Assembly (NCBI GenBank): GCA_001949185.1
Contig: BDGG01000003.1
Location: forward strand, 3,765,158-3,829,157
Reading direction: 5' to 3'
Origin: Ramazzottius varieornatus
Lineage: Eukaryota > Animalia > Tardigrada
Length of the DNA stretch: 64,000 bases
This document shows, piece after piece, positions 38,927-51,755 of this stretch. How positions within the stretch are numbered: position 1 is the stretch's first letter; the number at the start of each line of letters is the position of its first letter. A program made the translations under genes and the position numbers. The notes below the pieces were generated by a model. It was not told the DNA's origin. It worked only from the letters and a program-made list of their open reading frames with translations, and made no database searches.

Positions 38927-40218
38927 ATGGCCTCCAACGAGCTATCCATCTGGTTCAACAGCATCCCTCAAATTACAAAGTAAGTTTCGCAGGGTGAATG
39001 TGGGTCCGTCCGCAGATTCTCGGGTTTAGTTGGCGGAAGAACGCCATCCGACATTACCGTTGTGTTTGTCGCAGGTATTGGTTCACGGGATCAGTTATCC
39101 TTCCCCTGCTGGGCAGATTCGGGATAGTCAATTCCTATTATCTCGTTCTGGACGCTCTTCTGACGCTAAAACATTTCCAGGTCAGCCCGATTACCGTCCT
39201 CAGCCACGTTTAGATTCTAGCAAGTTTGTTTGAAACTTGATCTAAGTTTTGTTGTCGTTGCAGATATGGAGACCCATTACAGCCCTGTTCTACTTTCCCA
39301 TATCTCCCCGGACGGGCTTTCATTTTTTACTCAACCTGTATTTCATGTACAATTATTCTTCCCAGCTTGAAAGCGGTAGGGTTTCTGCGTAGTCTGTGAC
39401 CGACTTCATAGTAAATTCGGACGCATTTTCTTCCTCTTTGACAGGTCACTTCGTGGGTCGCCGGGCCGACTACTTGTTCATGCTGATATTCAACTGGGCT
39501 TGCCTCGTTCTGGTTGGGCTATGCACGGACCTTATGGTACACTTTTCGAAGAACCTAGTGCTGTTCGTGCTGCAACTTAGAGCCTGCGTAGCCGTAATGT
39601 TTGTTGCAGTTACTGATGGATCCGATGGTTCTTAGCGTTCTGTATGTGTGGTGCCAACTGAACAGGTACGTTTTGATGGACTCGTAACAGCCACGCAAGT
39701 TGTCGGTGACTAATTAAAGAAGCACAAATTGCTGAAACGGGAGATGTTTTTCCAATCTAAATGTATTTTTGTCTTTCAGGGATGTGATTGTATCCTTCTG
39801 GTTCGGTACTCGCTTCAAGGCGATGTACCTGCCATGGGTCTTGTTTGGATTCAACTTCATTCTGGGATCAGGGTAATTCGTTTCAATCCACATAAAGTCG
39901 CGCTTACCTTGGTCTTCATTGGTTTCTTGACTTGGCGAGTAGTAATTGAACCATTCTGTATCTTACAGAGGGATATTCGATCTGCTGGGTATCGTCGTCG
40001 GCCACCTGTACTACTTCCTGGCCTTCAAGTACCCACAGGATTTCGGTGGACCAGCCTTGCTTCGAACTCCAGGCTTCCTTCTTCGACTACTTCCAAATAC
40101 AAGAGTCATGGGAGGTTTCGGAGCTCCTCCACCCGCCAGACGTCGCGATGGAGGAGATGATGACGCTGCCATACCCAGACCACGAGGTTGGGGTACTGGA
40201 CACCGACTAGGCGATTGA
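38927..40218 (+). CDS. DERL1: Derlin-1 (ERAD rhomboid pseudoprotease)
   Basis: [71 protein letters not shown]-terminal SHP box WGTGHRLG. Confidence 0.95.
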
Positions 40219-40767
40219 GCTCCGGTGTCGTCTTCGTAGTTGATCATCTTTTCTAACAATGACCGTTTATTTCCTTAGTACTTTGACTGAGCTAACCTCG
40301 TATCATTTCAGTCGTCAGGCCCAGTTTGATGTTTCGAAATAATTACCAAGAGTTCAATATTGTTCAATGTAATGTATGGACGTTTACCGCCTGGTTACTG
40401 ATGTATGGAAGCCTAGTTTTTGAAAAAAAAACTGCGTCGGCAGTGCTTTACTGTGCACCCATCTGGTTGGCGAACTCTTGAACCGTAGACTGGAAGACTT
40501 TAACACGGTAAAGGGCCTCTAAGGTCTAATATCGTTACCGGTACCAGGGTCAACGTCGGTGCCGATCCGAAAGGATCCGAATAGCAGTTGAGGCTTACTT
40601 CATTGTGTATCTGCACTGGCTCCTTTCGACCGGTCTGCGTAGAGGTGGAGAAGGAAGAACGAACAGAAGCCTTCAGCGTCAGTTTCATGAATAATTCCAA
40701 CGATAACTCGAACTTTCGCTGCAGAATGATCAGGTTGTTGGAATAAATGATGTCAATCGGTATAGAC

Positions 40768-40839
40768 GCCACTTTGGCTCAGTGGTAGAGCATCAGTCTC
40801 GTAAACTGAGGGTCCCGTGTTCGATCCACGGAAGTGGCT
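40768..40839 (+). tRNA. tRNA-Thr (anticodon CGT)
   Basis: GCCACTT/AAGTGGC acceptor stem; A box TGGCTCAGTGG; anticodon arm TCAGT-CTCGTAA-ACTGA; T arm CCGTG-TTCGATC-CACGG; TTTTT Pol III terminator just downstream. Confidence 0.95.
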
Positions 40840-41347
40840 ATCTTTTTCAGTTTTGCACCTTACCCTATTCACCTTTTTCTCCAGGTCCTTCTTCTCGTCC
40901 CTGGCAGAATTTGCACTAAGATCCCAGTCGTCAATGACCTTCCCGGCATTCCCTCCCCATTCGATGGCAGAATTATTCGAACACGAGAAAGGACCCAAAG
41001 ATGGTCAAAAGACCGTAACTGCACTAGTTCAGTGACGCCCCGCTGCCGACTTTCGGCTTGTTCCGTTTTCCACAGTCCGTCATTCTCACCTTTGCTCTAG
41101 TTTTCTGTTGCATTCGTCCGGGTCTTCACAGGAGTAAAACAACGAAAATTCATAGATCTTTTCTCCTTCTGTAGTCAGTCAAGTGCAAAAAACTACATTC
41201 GTCGTGATGAAATAAGCCCAACAGTTCTGTAACTAAATTCTAACAGAAGTGTTCAACAATGAAAAAAATAATCTGCTAGTCTTTGCATCAGTACGAGTAC
41301 GAGTTCGAGTAGGATCTATGATTTACCTGAATGGTTATAATTCGAAA

Positions 41348-44300
41348 CTATATGCGAGAGAATCGGCTCATGTAAATACTGCAATCTTCACAGTACGTAC
41401 TGTCTTGAGACTTGCACGGCTTGTGTCCACAAAGAGTACAATCGTGAATTGTGGGCTGCAAGAACCTATCGTAGTCCCCCAGCAGTTCAGGCGGAGGAGG
41501 CGGCAGATCATCATCCGCTACCGGTTGGGAAATCTGCCGTGGCAGTTTCCGAAGTCTTTGGTTCAGCTCGTTCAACAGGCTCTGTCTGACAACCTTCCTG
41601 GCCCGTAAGGTCTCGCCAGACTCTGGAGGAGCTTCAAACGTGGACAGTTTGGAAGAAGCCGAAGTGGGCAAGATGGTCTCCGAAGAAGCCTGTGGAACGG
41701 AGAGATCCGGTAAGCTGCGGTTAAGCTGCGAGGTTCCCAACTGTCCTTTGCTGGTTGCTTTCCTTCTTGACTTATGCATACGCTTGGTGGTAAGGTCTTG
41801 CTGCGGAGGAACATACTGTGACGTTTCTGCAAAAACACACTTCCCAAATTGATATTGTGCAAATCAAAGAAGCTTGGCTGATAGCCGGAAGCTCGGCAAA
41901 CGAACTCGATAAGATCGCTTTTCCGAGTGGTGCATACTTCCCGTTGACAACACCTAAAAGCCTGCGCCACTTGGGCAAAAGTTCTTATTGACTTTGTTTG
42001 CCGTGCTTTCATTTGTTGAATTTGTGAAGCCAGGATATTTCTTTCAATTTATTCCATGTTTCAGAAGAGAGTTCTACCAGCCATTTTTTGCTTATCATAC
42101 TTGGGTGCCTTGGGAGTGTGGCTAAGCCGGAGGTGGGGATGTGCCGCTCACTCTGATGGTCAATCAAGCTGTAACTGGCGCTACTGGTACTGGCAGTAAT
42201 CGAGCCCGACCGACATGTCGTACTCTTGTCTCGAAGTGTTCGCAAGCGCCTTTGACAGTCCATATGCTTAGTGTGGACACTCTGCGACAGTTCCTTACAT
42301 GCGCGCAACGGCTCAAGACAGCTTTGCAGGAGATGAGCCGCTTGTCCAAAGAGCTTGATTGCTCCTGTCAACTCACCGTGCTCCTCTTTCAAGCTCGCAC
42401 TTGAAATCAGATCATCAGCTCGTAATAACATTTGGATATACTGTACTCTGTTCGATGTTGAGGAGAAGCTTGACGATGGTGATGGCCCGAACGTCTCACG
42501 CTTGACAGCCGGCGCCTCAACCGAGGAGCCGCTGGTCGAGCTTGAGCTGGCACTGGCATGATCGCCGCTGGGATACCCAGAGTCTGTCTCATCTTTCAAG
42601 CTTGAGCTTTCTAACGAGTTCCCGCCGTGACTACGGAGTGCGTACGACGCTGCGTAAATGTCATAGGACGAGTTAGAAGCGTAACTCTCCGTACTGGCTA
42701 CACTGCTGGACGTCATGCTGGACCGAGAGCTCTTTCGGGAACATCGACGAGTGTCTATAGAAAAAATTCAGATATTAATATCAGTGTTCGAATCAATTCA
42801 GATATTAGTACGAGTTTTCGAACAGTTTCGAACACTTCTTTCGCTGCGCCTGCCCTTTCTTGAGTTGCTGGGACGTCGGCAAATGAATCTGCCCGATCTT
42901 TATTCCAAGTGGCGCAGGCTCTGAGTCAATAATAATGAAATTGTGCGCCGTCTAAGGTAACAATCTGGATGAAAACATTAAAATTTATCGACGTCCCACT
43001 TGCTGTGTGACCACTATTTCCATGTTTCGTTACGGTTTCTTTTTCTCCTCCGTTAACTAAATCTTAGTTTCCGGTGGGCGGGTGTTTGATTAGATGGGAT
43101 ATTACACGTGAACGACAGACTAGTTGCATCACCTGCATGAGGAAGTTGTGTGATTCGGTCAAGTGTTTGTTCAGCCGTTGAAGGTGAAACGTGATCGCTT
43201 TTCTTGTTCGGAACTGGTCGGCTGATGGTCCTGACAGGAGGTCGCGGAGGGGCCGGTTTGCCTATCCCATTACCATCTTGGTCATTATCTTCAAGACACC
43301 GAGCAGGCTCCTTTGCTTGTCTTGACAAGGTGGATCCTACTGAACTGGAGGAAGCGGTGCCTGATCGTAAATCATCTCCCCCAATCAGATCGAATTCTGG
43401 GTTGGCATAGAAGAGCAGAAGCGGCTGCATGTTGTGCTTGAGACACTGAGCAGTGACTTGCGTCCAGTCAGGTCCGATTACATTGACGCGGGAATCATCG
43501 AAGCACAGCCAGGTTTGAAAGCGAGAATGGTAACAGAACGCCACGTAGTGATGCCTGTAAAAACAGATCATGCCGACCAAATGGTGGACGGCAGCTGACG
43601 CCCATTCCGTGTCGCTGACGGAATGGCACAACTGCAGCAGGCAGATGTTGGTATCTATTGTGGACAAGACGTCAGAGATCGTTTGTATTCGAGGTTTCTC
43701 GGAAGACCAGGCGAAGCCGATCGTCACGACCACCGGACGATTAGTCAAGGTGTGCCTGTAACAACAAGTCGAACGATAGAATCCATATCGGAAACGAACA
43801 GAGTCTTGCATACATCAAGCACAGCTACACTGGCGAAGCAATTGTATGCATGTTTGCGACGTTTCGGTCCTCACCAACCTACACACACTAATTCACGGTA
43901 CAACTGGGGAAAAATGTGTTCAGCCTCATGAAATTTTGGTCTTCATCAGCCTACATACATCAAATTGTGTCAGAGCTGTGAAGCAGATGTATGCAGGTAG
44001 GTGAGCAGTCTCGAAAACCTCTCTTCTTTCCGACACATAGGAACCCGAACACTTCTGATGTGTCATAACTCATAAGTCATAAAAGTTTGACAGAAGCAAC
44101 GATGAAATTGAAGGACATACTTTAGCTGCGTAGATGAAGATCGGCAGTGTCGACAGCAGCGCCCCTGGTCGTTCTCGTTGGACTTGCGGATGAGTTTGCC
44201 AAAGAGTCCGCTGGTCGATTTCACGCCTCGTTGCTTCAGCTCGCCGCTTTTTTGTAGTAGGTCGTCAACCGTGACGTAGTGTACCATTTGAGTAAATGTC

Positions 44301-46505
44301 AACGATTGCGACTCTTTATGGCAGTCTTGGCAAAAAACGCTCTCGTTCAAGTCCAGGGCGAAGATGCGATGAGTAACGCAGGTAGGATCGAGACAGCTGC
44401 CCAATTCCGACGAAACCTGCACGTGGTAATGGATCCTCAGCAGGATATTCTCCTAAGAACGAAACCAAAGTTCATTCGAGAGAATACTTTCTAAAGAAAT
44501 ACAGAACATCTGGAAAATATGATACAGTTCTCAATTTTCAGGAAAAAAAGCTCTGTAAGCCATTACACCTTTCTTGCCGGACGGACATTGTTTCTTTCGC
44601 GATGATTGATGACTACGGTCGAGTTTTGTTATGAGAACGATCGGACCTATCAGATGTGACCTTGCTCGTGAACGAGTCTGTCGTGTCGTCTGTGCTTTAG
44701 TACTAATTATCAACAACGTGTCTGGAAAACTGAAGATAATGAAGATAGTTTCGTGACTGACTGCCCTTCTCTATCCTTTCTGGTCTAGCTCGAGAAGAGA
44801 CATGGTGAACAATGAGGAGTTCTGGGGCGAGGTGTTTATACAGATCATAAGCACGTTTCGAAACAGTTGCATGCTGTGCTGGTGATGCTGGCTGTGCTGA
44901 CCAGGGGCTAGCACAGCCATGCCGTAGCACTTACGGCGACGACACGCTGATCGTGAGCGACTCTCAAAAGTAGGTATGAGTTTATATTTATGGTCACGAA
45001 GCCCAGCAAGACTGCGTGGAAACCAGGAAGAAATATGTGCGTGTTATGGTGAATAAAACCGGTCGGATATTTACTTACGAAACACTCTGCGGCGTCGTCC
45101 ATCTTGCCTAATTGAAATCGTTGTTGATCTTGAAATGTGGACGCCAGTGCCTGCCGCAGAACGTCCGGAGCGAAAGCTTGTCCGACAGAGCTGGAGAAAT
45201 GTCCAAAGATTTCCTAACAAAAGCAAAGGAAGTCAGTCAACCATCAAGAACCAATTCAAACCCAGTTCAATGGAATTTAATTTCCTAAAGTACTGTACGT
45301 AAAACGGAATCAGCATGACATTCTTTAACAGAAGAGACTGACCTCGCATAATAATCAAATTGAAAGTTTGAGTCACGTTGATCGGCCTTCAAACTCGGTT
45401 TTAATCGGCAGGGAAAATCAGAAGGCCCATCACAGACCTGGGTACAGCCTGTGTGTATGCTGGACAAGGGTGTATGATAGGCAGGTGCATGATCATGAAT
45501 TTGGATCCCATTGCCGGTTCTCTGTAATGACTGAATGGTTCCCACCATCCATGCCTCTTTGGTAATCAGGTAGATTTCATTTTAAAAGTACAGTATTGTC
45601 TGATGGGAATATACTGCCTGCAGGCAAGCAAGTCTTCCACTTTCATGCAGCTCGAGTGGTTCAGAAACTAATGACGACTTGTGAGGTGATCTCGCAAGCG
45701 GAACAGCCTTGAGACGAAATCAAAATAATTTCACCATCGATGAGTGGATCGACCATATTTGTGATTATCTTCTGAAACTTAGACTTCAATTTCATGGCAA
45801 ATCACTTTGCTCATAAATTTCAGAATTTACGACTAAGTTGTTTGGTCAACGAGGATGTGATGGACTTACCTTGAAGGCACAGAAGATACAAGCATCGTCT
45901 AGGCAGACATGTTTGGTCAACCGGCGGAAACTTCGGCGGAACACATCCAAATGCCAAAAGATCTGTACAGCACTGTTGAGGAAACAGTTGTTGTCACCGG
46001 GAGCGTTGAATAGTCCATGGGAAGCGCACATCGATTCCCGCTGGCGACCATGGCCGAAATGGCTCAGAAGAGTATGGGCTAAAAACAGAAAACATTAGAC
46101 AACTGAGTTACTACAGTAAATGCACTATTCCGCCTTTTATCTAAGGTTGTGCTTGTCAGGGCAGTGCCGAGCACGGTCTTGTCAAGCTTTTACGTGGAAA
46201 AATGGCAAGGCTATCTGGGTTCTCTAACAGATGGGAGCTGGAACAAAACGTACAAGACCGCAATTTCGAGTGGCGCACGCTCCCGAAGTCACTAGCTGGG
46301 AAGGTGCGCCATGCAAGACAACGATCTTGTACGTTCTGTTCGTCCAGCTCCTTGATAGCTCCGTACATGCGGTAAGAATCGAGGGAAGAGTTATGGGGAT
46401 ACGGTATAAAAGTTTAGAAGGAATAAGGGCAATTACTGTACCGGAAATGGGAGGAAAGTGAGCCTCCCTATGTCGACTAGAGGTCATAACGCTGGAGCGT
46501 GCCAT
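41348..46505 (-). CDS. USP53/USP54 (echinus-like) ubiquitin-specific protease with MIT-like helices and a C-terminal Cys cluster
   Basis: [31 protein letters not shown]; [14 protein letters not shown]; [21 protein letters not shown]; C-terminal CTLC..YCEDC. The 5' start is uncertain. Confidence 0.88.
41889..42008. repeat. Family A palindrome (USP intron)
   Basis: gagtggtgcat-N26-ctgcgccactt with aagctcggcaaac/gtttgccgtgctt ends. Confidence 0.85.
42871..42968. repeat. Family A palindrome (USP intron)
   Basis: aagtggcgcag-N25-gtgcgccgtct. Confidence 0.75.
43804..43998. repeat. Family B three-unit array (USP intron)
   Basis: Left arms at 43804, 43877 and 43949 (period 73/72); spacers 28/27/28; similar 23-nt linkers. 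Confidence 0.7.
46234..46351. repeat. Family A palindrome (probable USP intron)
   Basis: ggagctgga...cgtacaaga...gagtggcgcac-N25-gtgcgccatgc...tcttgtacg...tccagctcc. Confidence 0.9.
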
Positions 46506-47884
46506 GTTATCTTCCGGCTTGGCGGAGTTGCATCAACGTCGACTGTGCATTCCAGCAGGTAAAGTCTTGACGGGGCTAATGGACATCCGCGCGAACAAGC
46601 ATCTAAAATGTAACAATGTCATGAAAGAGCCTTTCACCATCTCACCGACGCTGACGCCGCATCGCTCGGTCAACCGATTCAATTACAAACAATTAATCTC
46701 AAAAGACCGGGCAAACAGTAGCGAACGCCATCGAAAACAAAAAAATGTGGCACCTAAACGCGGCTACCACCAAGCAAACAACCGCCAAAAAATATGTTTC
46801 GCTCCGTTGAATAATCGATTTTTTGAAAGCATCCGCAACCAAGCTCATTTCCAGCAGGTAAATAAGGATCCCATCACTACATCAGTTCCTAACCACGCCC
46901 AATTAAAATATCAATATTAGATGGTGAAGTTTAATAAATTGAACTCAGTCTAAAATTTAGTTGCCACCTCCATATAATCTGTTCGGTTTCCCGTCACAAA
47001 GCGATTCAACCCCGAACAGACTTTTCACAGTTGTACACTTCCCCAAAGATTTCCCACACCCTTGGATCAGCGATACTGCGTTACCGGGTATGATTATTTG
47101 CAGTCTGCAGTCCAAGTATTTCTACTGTTACAAATATAATGACATCCAGCACTATTAATGCTGTTGAAATAGCCAGTTTCCGCTATGATGTATCACTTTC
47201 TCTGATTGTTCTCAAGCAAATGCCAGAGTAGCAACGCCAAAATTTCGTCAAGTCGGTCCACGCAAAATTTAGAATGGGAATCTCACAATAGCAAGATCAT
47301 TCAGCGGTAGCTTCCGTCATGCACAGAGGAAGTTCGGTTACTCTTATGCAGCAAGATTTGTCAGCAGTATCGTTTCTTCGATTTTAAACTTCGTACTTGA
47401 TGGACATTCGCTGACCTGTTCTTCGACCATATACGTTCAGAATTAATCGCCAAACTACCCAGTGTCCATCACTCAAGCTTGATCCATTGAGCTCAAAAAC
47501 TGTCGTACGGTAGAGGTAAAGAGTCAATACAGACCTGAACGACTCGAAGCTTATAAATAAATTCCTACGTTGACTCGGCGTTCATCGAGTCAAACCAGAA
47601 AATCCGGTGGTAAAACCGCAAATTAAAGTCCAAACAGTTGGAGTGAAACGTCGCGAAGGTTATAATTATTTGGGCAAAATTGCTGTCCACGTGCTCATTC
47701 CCACTCTACCATCATTCTTATCTACTGAGCCCAACCCGTTCGTTCCTCGAGCTCAAACCAAAACCAGGTAACCAAAGCTCCTATCCGCCCATTAACCAAG
47801 ACTTTGTCCAACCTGACGCTCAGAGCAGCCTTACGAGGAGGGGGAGGGCTGGGAGCATTCGCGTGGAATAGTCTCCACGAGGAG

Positions 47885-47903
47885 CACACACACACACACA
47901 CAC
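47885..47903. repeat. (CA)n microsatellite
   Basis: About 9 CA units. Confidence 0.8.
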
Positions 47904-48283
47904 CTTACGCACGATGACCACCGTCCACTTCTAGCCCTACTCTCGAAACTCTCTTCCCTTGTTCGCCTGTCTGCCACTTCCATCACGCTCGACCTAGACG
48001 GAATAAAACGGGGCAATTGGTAAATAACCCTCTCTATTATTACCGTGAACTGTCGCTGGCTGGAACAGCAAAATCTGCCCCGAGCGCACCTCTCTTTGTG
48101 CTGACAGGACAGCGGGTGTTGCACGCAAACCCTGGCCGAAAGTACCATCATTAGGCACGGAAGTTCTGGTTACGAATATATTGGCAAACTAGCGGTTCCA
48201 CCCCAACCTAATTAAATTGTACCACGTGAGATCCACTACGCTGCGGTGAAATCCTCATTTGGCCATAAGGATGAGACAGATGG

Positions 48284-48402
48284 AAGCTCGGTGAACAAAT
48301 TCGACCAGATCGTTTTAAAAAGTGGCGCGACTGAACACGCATATTGGCTGAAAATGTGCGCCACTTCAGGAAACCATCTGACCGAATGTGGTTTCCGAGC
48401 TC
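48284..48402. repeat. Family A palindrome
   Basis: aagtggcgcga-N25-gtgcgccactt with agctcgg/ccgagct ends. Confidence 0.85.
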
Positions 48403-50196
48403 ACCAATGTAACTTGGAAATACTGCTTCGCGGTCCTTCAACCTAATATCCGGCTCCATTTCTACCACATCACATTTTAGGACAATTTTGTTATAGACTT
48501 ACCTTCTCGGTCATCGATTCGAACGAGGAATGGAACAGAAGGCGATCCTGCTGCTAATCCAAATGTATGTCGATGAGGTAAGCTGCAATAGTCCAGACGT
48601 GATCAATAAATGACCTAATGGCAAATTTGTATTAGATTATGATCGAAGAGAGAGAGATGGAAAGCTTCGTCCTACCGGTAAAGTCCTACTATCAGTGTTG
48701 CTCCTTCCGAGTGTGACTTGAGATCCACACGGCAGCTTCAGCGAGAAGTGGATGAGTACTGTACCACGTCCAGTAGGCGGTCACCATTTCCTCATCTCGT
48801 GATAGTCTTGTGTCTTGACCAACTGGTTTGAAAAGCAGATCGAGCCTGCAAATGTACGTACAGTCGAACGAGTTGGGTGTAGTAAGGCAGGTGAGAAAGT
48901 TTCACTGTACTCACGGTTGGGACGGAAGGTCGTATTTCCATGTGTGTGAAGAGAGCTTTGAGCCTTTGTTCACTCCTCCGATATCTCGCACCTCGCTCGT
49001 CTACCGTTCCGTCGATACCGCCATGCTATCCGAGACGAGCGTCGCCGACACACAAATGTTTACGCTGTGGTCAAGCCTGTTCCGTTAATCGATCTATTTT
49101 AGTATACCAGGTGGCTGAAACAGATCCGCCAAAATTTTATTTACCATGCTTGTAAGGACTGACTTACCTGGTCAGCCCTTGTTAGGCCTAATCCACTTCC
49201 GAGTCCACACTTCATACTGATCCAGCCGATTTTGACCCATAAATCCAATTACTTCACTGCCTTCCTGCAGACTTGTATTATGCCTTTGTCACAGACGTGA
49301 GCCTGAAGTAATTCCCCCCGTTAGACCGTCTGTACTGCGATTCACGATGAGGATCCAAACTCTGAAGCGAAGCAGTACTCACGGTTTTCTTCTTTCGTCC
49401 TCTTTCATTTTGGAAGGAGACCCCACCTAAAACTCGAAAAACCATGTTCATGTCTGTTTTGTCGGTAAAGATTCGAACACTCACTGAGCTCAGGAACCGG
49501 TTTCTTTCAAGACCGGTAAGTTCTGCAACTGGCTCTTCTTGTCCGGGCAATATCTCAATCTTCGAGCTATTCTATAGACTTACATCGGATTAGGATACCT
49601 GATTTTGAGGTTTCAAGTCAAACGACCAGAACGACAAATAGGGGAGCGTCAAGACTGAGCGATTGCTCCGCCAAACGACTTGGCGGTCATCCAATCAGCA
49701 ATCCAAGCACAAGCTAAAATCCTGTAAGGTTTCGCCTTACCACGTCCTCCAAACCGCCATGTCCCAATGGACACCTAAGCGGGAGTTCTTCATATTGAAA
49801 CCTTTAGCTCTTTGAGGGACACGGTTACGCGAAACAAAACTGGTGACTAGGAGGAAGACATTTCGGAAGATCCATTTCCGCCGTCGAAGAACCGTTGTCG
49901 TCAAAGCCTGTGAAACCAGATGAATGACGTCACGCGGGCAAAAACTGCTCTATCATTCCAGCTAGACCGTCACTCCGTCGATCAGTGTGACTGTGCTGTG
50001 AGTTTACTGTACTTATCACGCGATTCTGAACGTTTGCTGTCCTTGCATGCGTATACGGACGTTCTGTACAATTGTACTCGGTTTTGTTATCATTCCTACG
50101 CAATTCTTGCATTACAGGTAAGCTTTGCTCACCTGATTGTAGTCGCAGATAGGCGGTCGCCGCTACGTCAGCCTGTAATCAGTGACAGCAAGCCCG

Positions 50197-51405
50197 ATGC
50201 AGATCACTGCGCTTCTTCGATCCACCTTATCGATTCGAACAGTCCTCCTTGCTGCTACGCAAGCCGTCTCCGGATCCCAGAACTCTTGCTCCGCGAAAGG
50301 ATTCTCCTCAACTTCAGTAGCCTGCAACCCATCAACCGAAATGGTAAGTCCGGCGATCGTAGTCCTATTTAACGCTGGGTTCATTTTACCTTCTACCATT
50401 TACCACTCTTTTCTTCGTAGGCGGACTCCGCGAATAAGGAAAACTGGAAACAGGCTTCTTCGGTGTATGATTTTCATGCGAACGACATACACGGAAACGA
50501 TGTCTCTCTGGAGAAATACAGGCAGGAAGAACGTCTTTAATCTCTTTATTTCGTGTCTGTTGAACATTGCTGCAGACAAGCAAGTCATGTCATCTGTCAT
50601 AGTATCATGTCATTCCTTGTGGGCACGCCCTGTACAGAGAACCGGACACGCATGTGTTCGTATGAGAAAGTTCGATTTTGTTTTACAGAGGCCAGATCCT
50701 GATTATTGTGAACGTCGCATGTAAATGTGGATTCACGAACGATGTAAGTGCCTATCATTCCAAAACAGTACTTCTTCAATCGTTTGCTGTTCTCCTTGTT
50801 CTGAATGGGGATCTCTTGATCGTTGCAGCACTACAAGGAGCTGGTGGAGCTCCACAACAAGTATCGCGCTCAGGGACTATCGATACTGTACGAACCCTCG
50901 ATTCTACGTTGCATGCGGTACAATAATTACCTTTCGCTGCTGTAAACGTGTATCATTACAGCGGATTCCCTTGTAACCAGTTCGCCGGTCAGGTAAGAAT
51001 TGAGTATCAGAAGCATCGTAAACCGTAATTGTCGCGGCCTTTCCTCATCCACATTCTTAATTCTTAATTGAAGGAGCCTGGATCGCCCGATGAAATTTTG
51101 CAGTTCGTCAAAGAGAAGGGGGTGGACTTTGACATGTTTGACAAGGTGGAAGTCAATGGGAACAACGCGCATCCACTGTGGAAGTACCTGAAGATGAAAC
51201 AGGGTGGAACTCTGTTCGATGCCATCAAATGGAATTTCACCAAGTTCGTTGTGGATCGTAATGGACAGGTATGGGAACTTTTTTTCTTCAGCAAAGCCCT
51301 TGGAGAGAAATACCAGCCGCATTGTTATCTTTCCAGCCGATCGCTCGCTATGGAGGCACCACTGCCGCGAAAGAACTCGATAAAGACATTCAGAAGTTGC
51401 TGTAA
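50197..51405 (+). CDS. Phospholipid hydroperoxide glutathione peroxidase-like (GPX4-type, Cys at the active site)
   Basis: SSVYDFHANDIHGNDVSLEKYR|GQILIIVNVACKCGFT, GFPCNQFAGQEPG, IKWNFTKFVVDRNGQ; active-site codon is TGT; N-terminal mitochondrial-presequence-like leader. Confidence 0.92.
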
Positions 51406-51755
51406 AAGACGCTGGCTGACGCGTATCTTTGGTTCTTCGCTTCACACTGGTACTTTGAGCGCTCACAGTTTTACCTCAGACAGATAATCTTATTCATCCG
51501 AGCAGAGTACCGAGCTTGATCCACAGCCAGCTCATGAAATCATAATGTAAACGTTCCAGTATTCTTTCTCCCAATAATTGCAAAACTGCTTCATCGTACG
51601 TTCGGCGTTTGTGCATGCTATTGTCTACTGTTTTAGGATCAAGTTATCTGAGATGCCTATTCAATTTGTATTCTTAACAACTGTGTTTTCGCCTTTTCGG
51701 AAGGGCAACCAAAATTAGAATGATGTATGACATTGCTACGACTGAATGCTCAGAC

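Noticed and set aside
40500-41100. Possible antisense spliced gene with the tRNA in its intron
   Set aside because: Splice-like sites exist, but there is no convincing start codon or recognisable product.
43804-43998. CRISPR array call
   Set aside because: Eukaryotic intron, only three degenerate units and no cas genes; reported as a repeat instead.
3125-46505. Apparent cluster of ubiquitin/proteostasis genes (RNF14, OTU, KEAP1, DERL1, USP53/54)
   Set aside because: Unrelated pathways interspersed with other genes; a large functional class in a gene-dense genome explains it by chance.
49987-49996. ARE-like GTGACnnnGC upstream of GPx (possible KEAP1/Nrf2 link)
   Set aside because: Short degenerate motif expected by chance; no supporting evidence.
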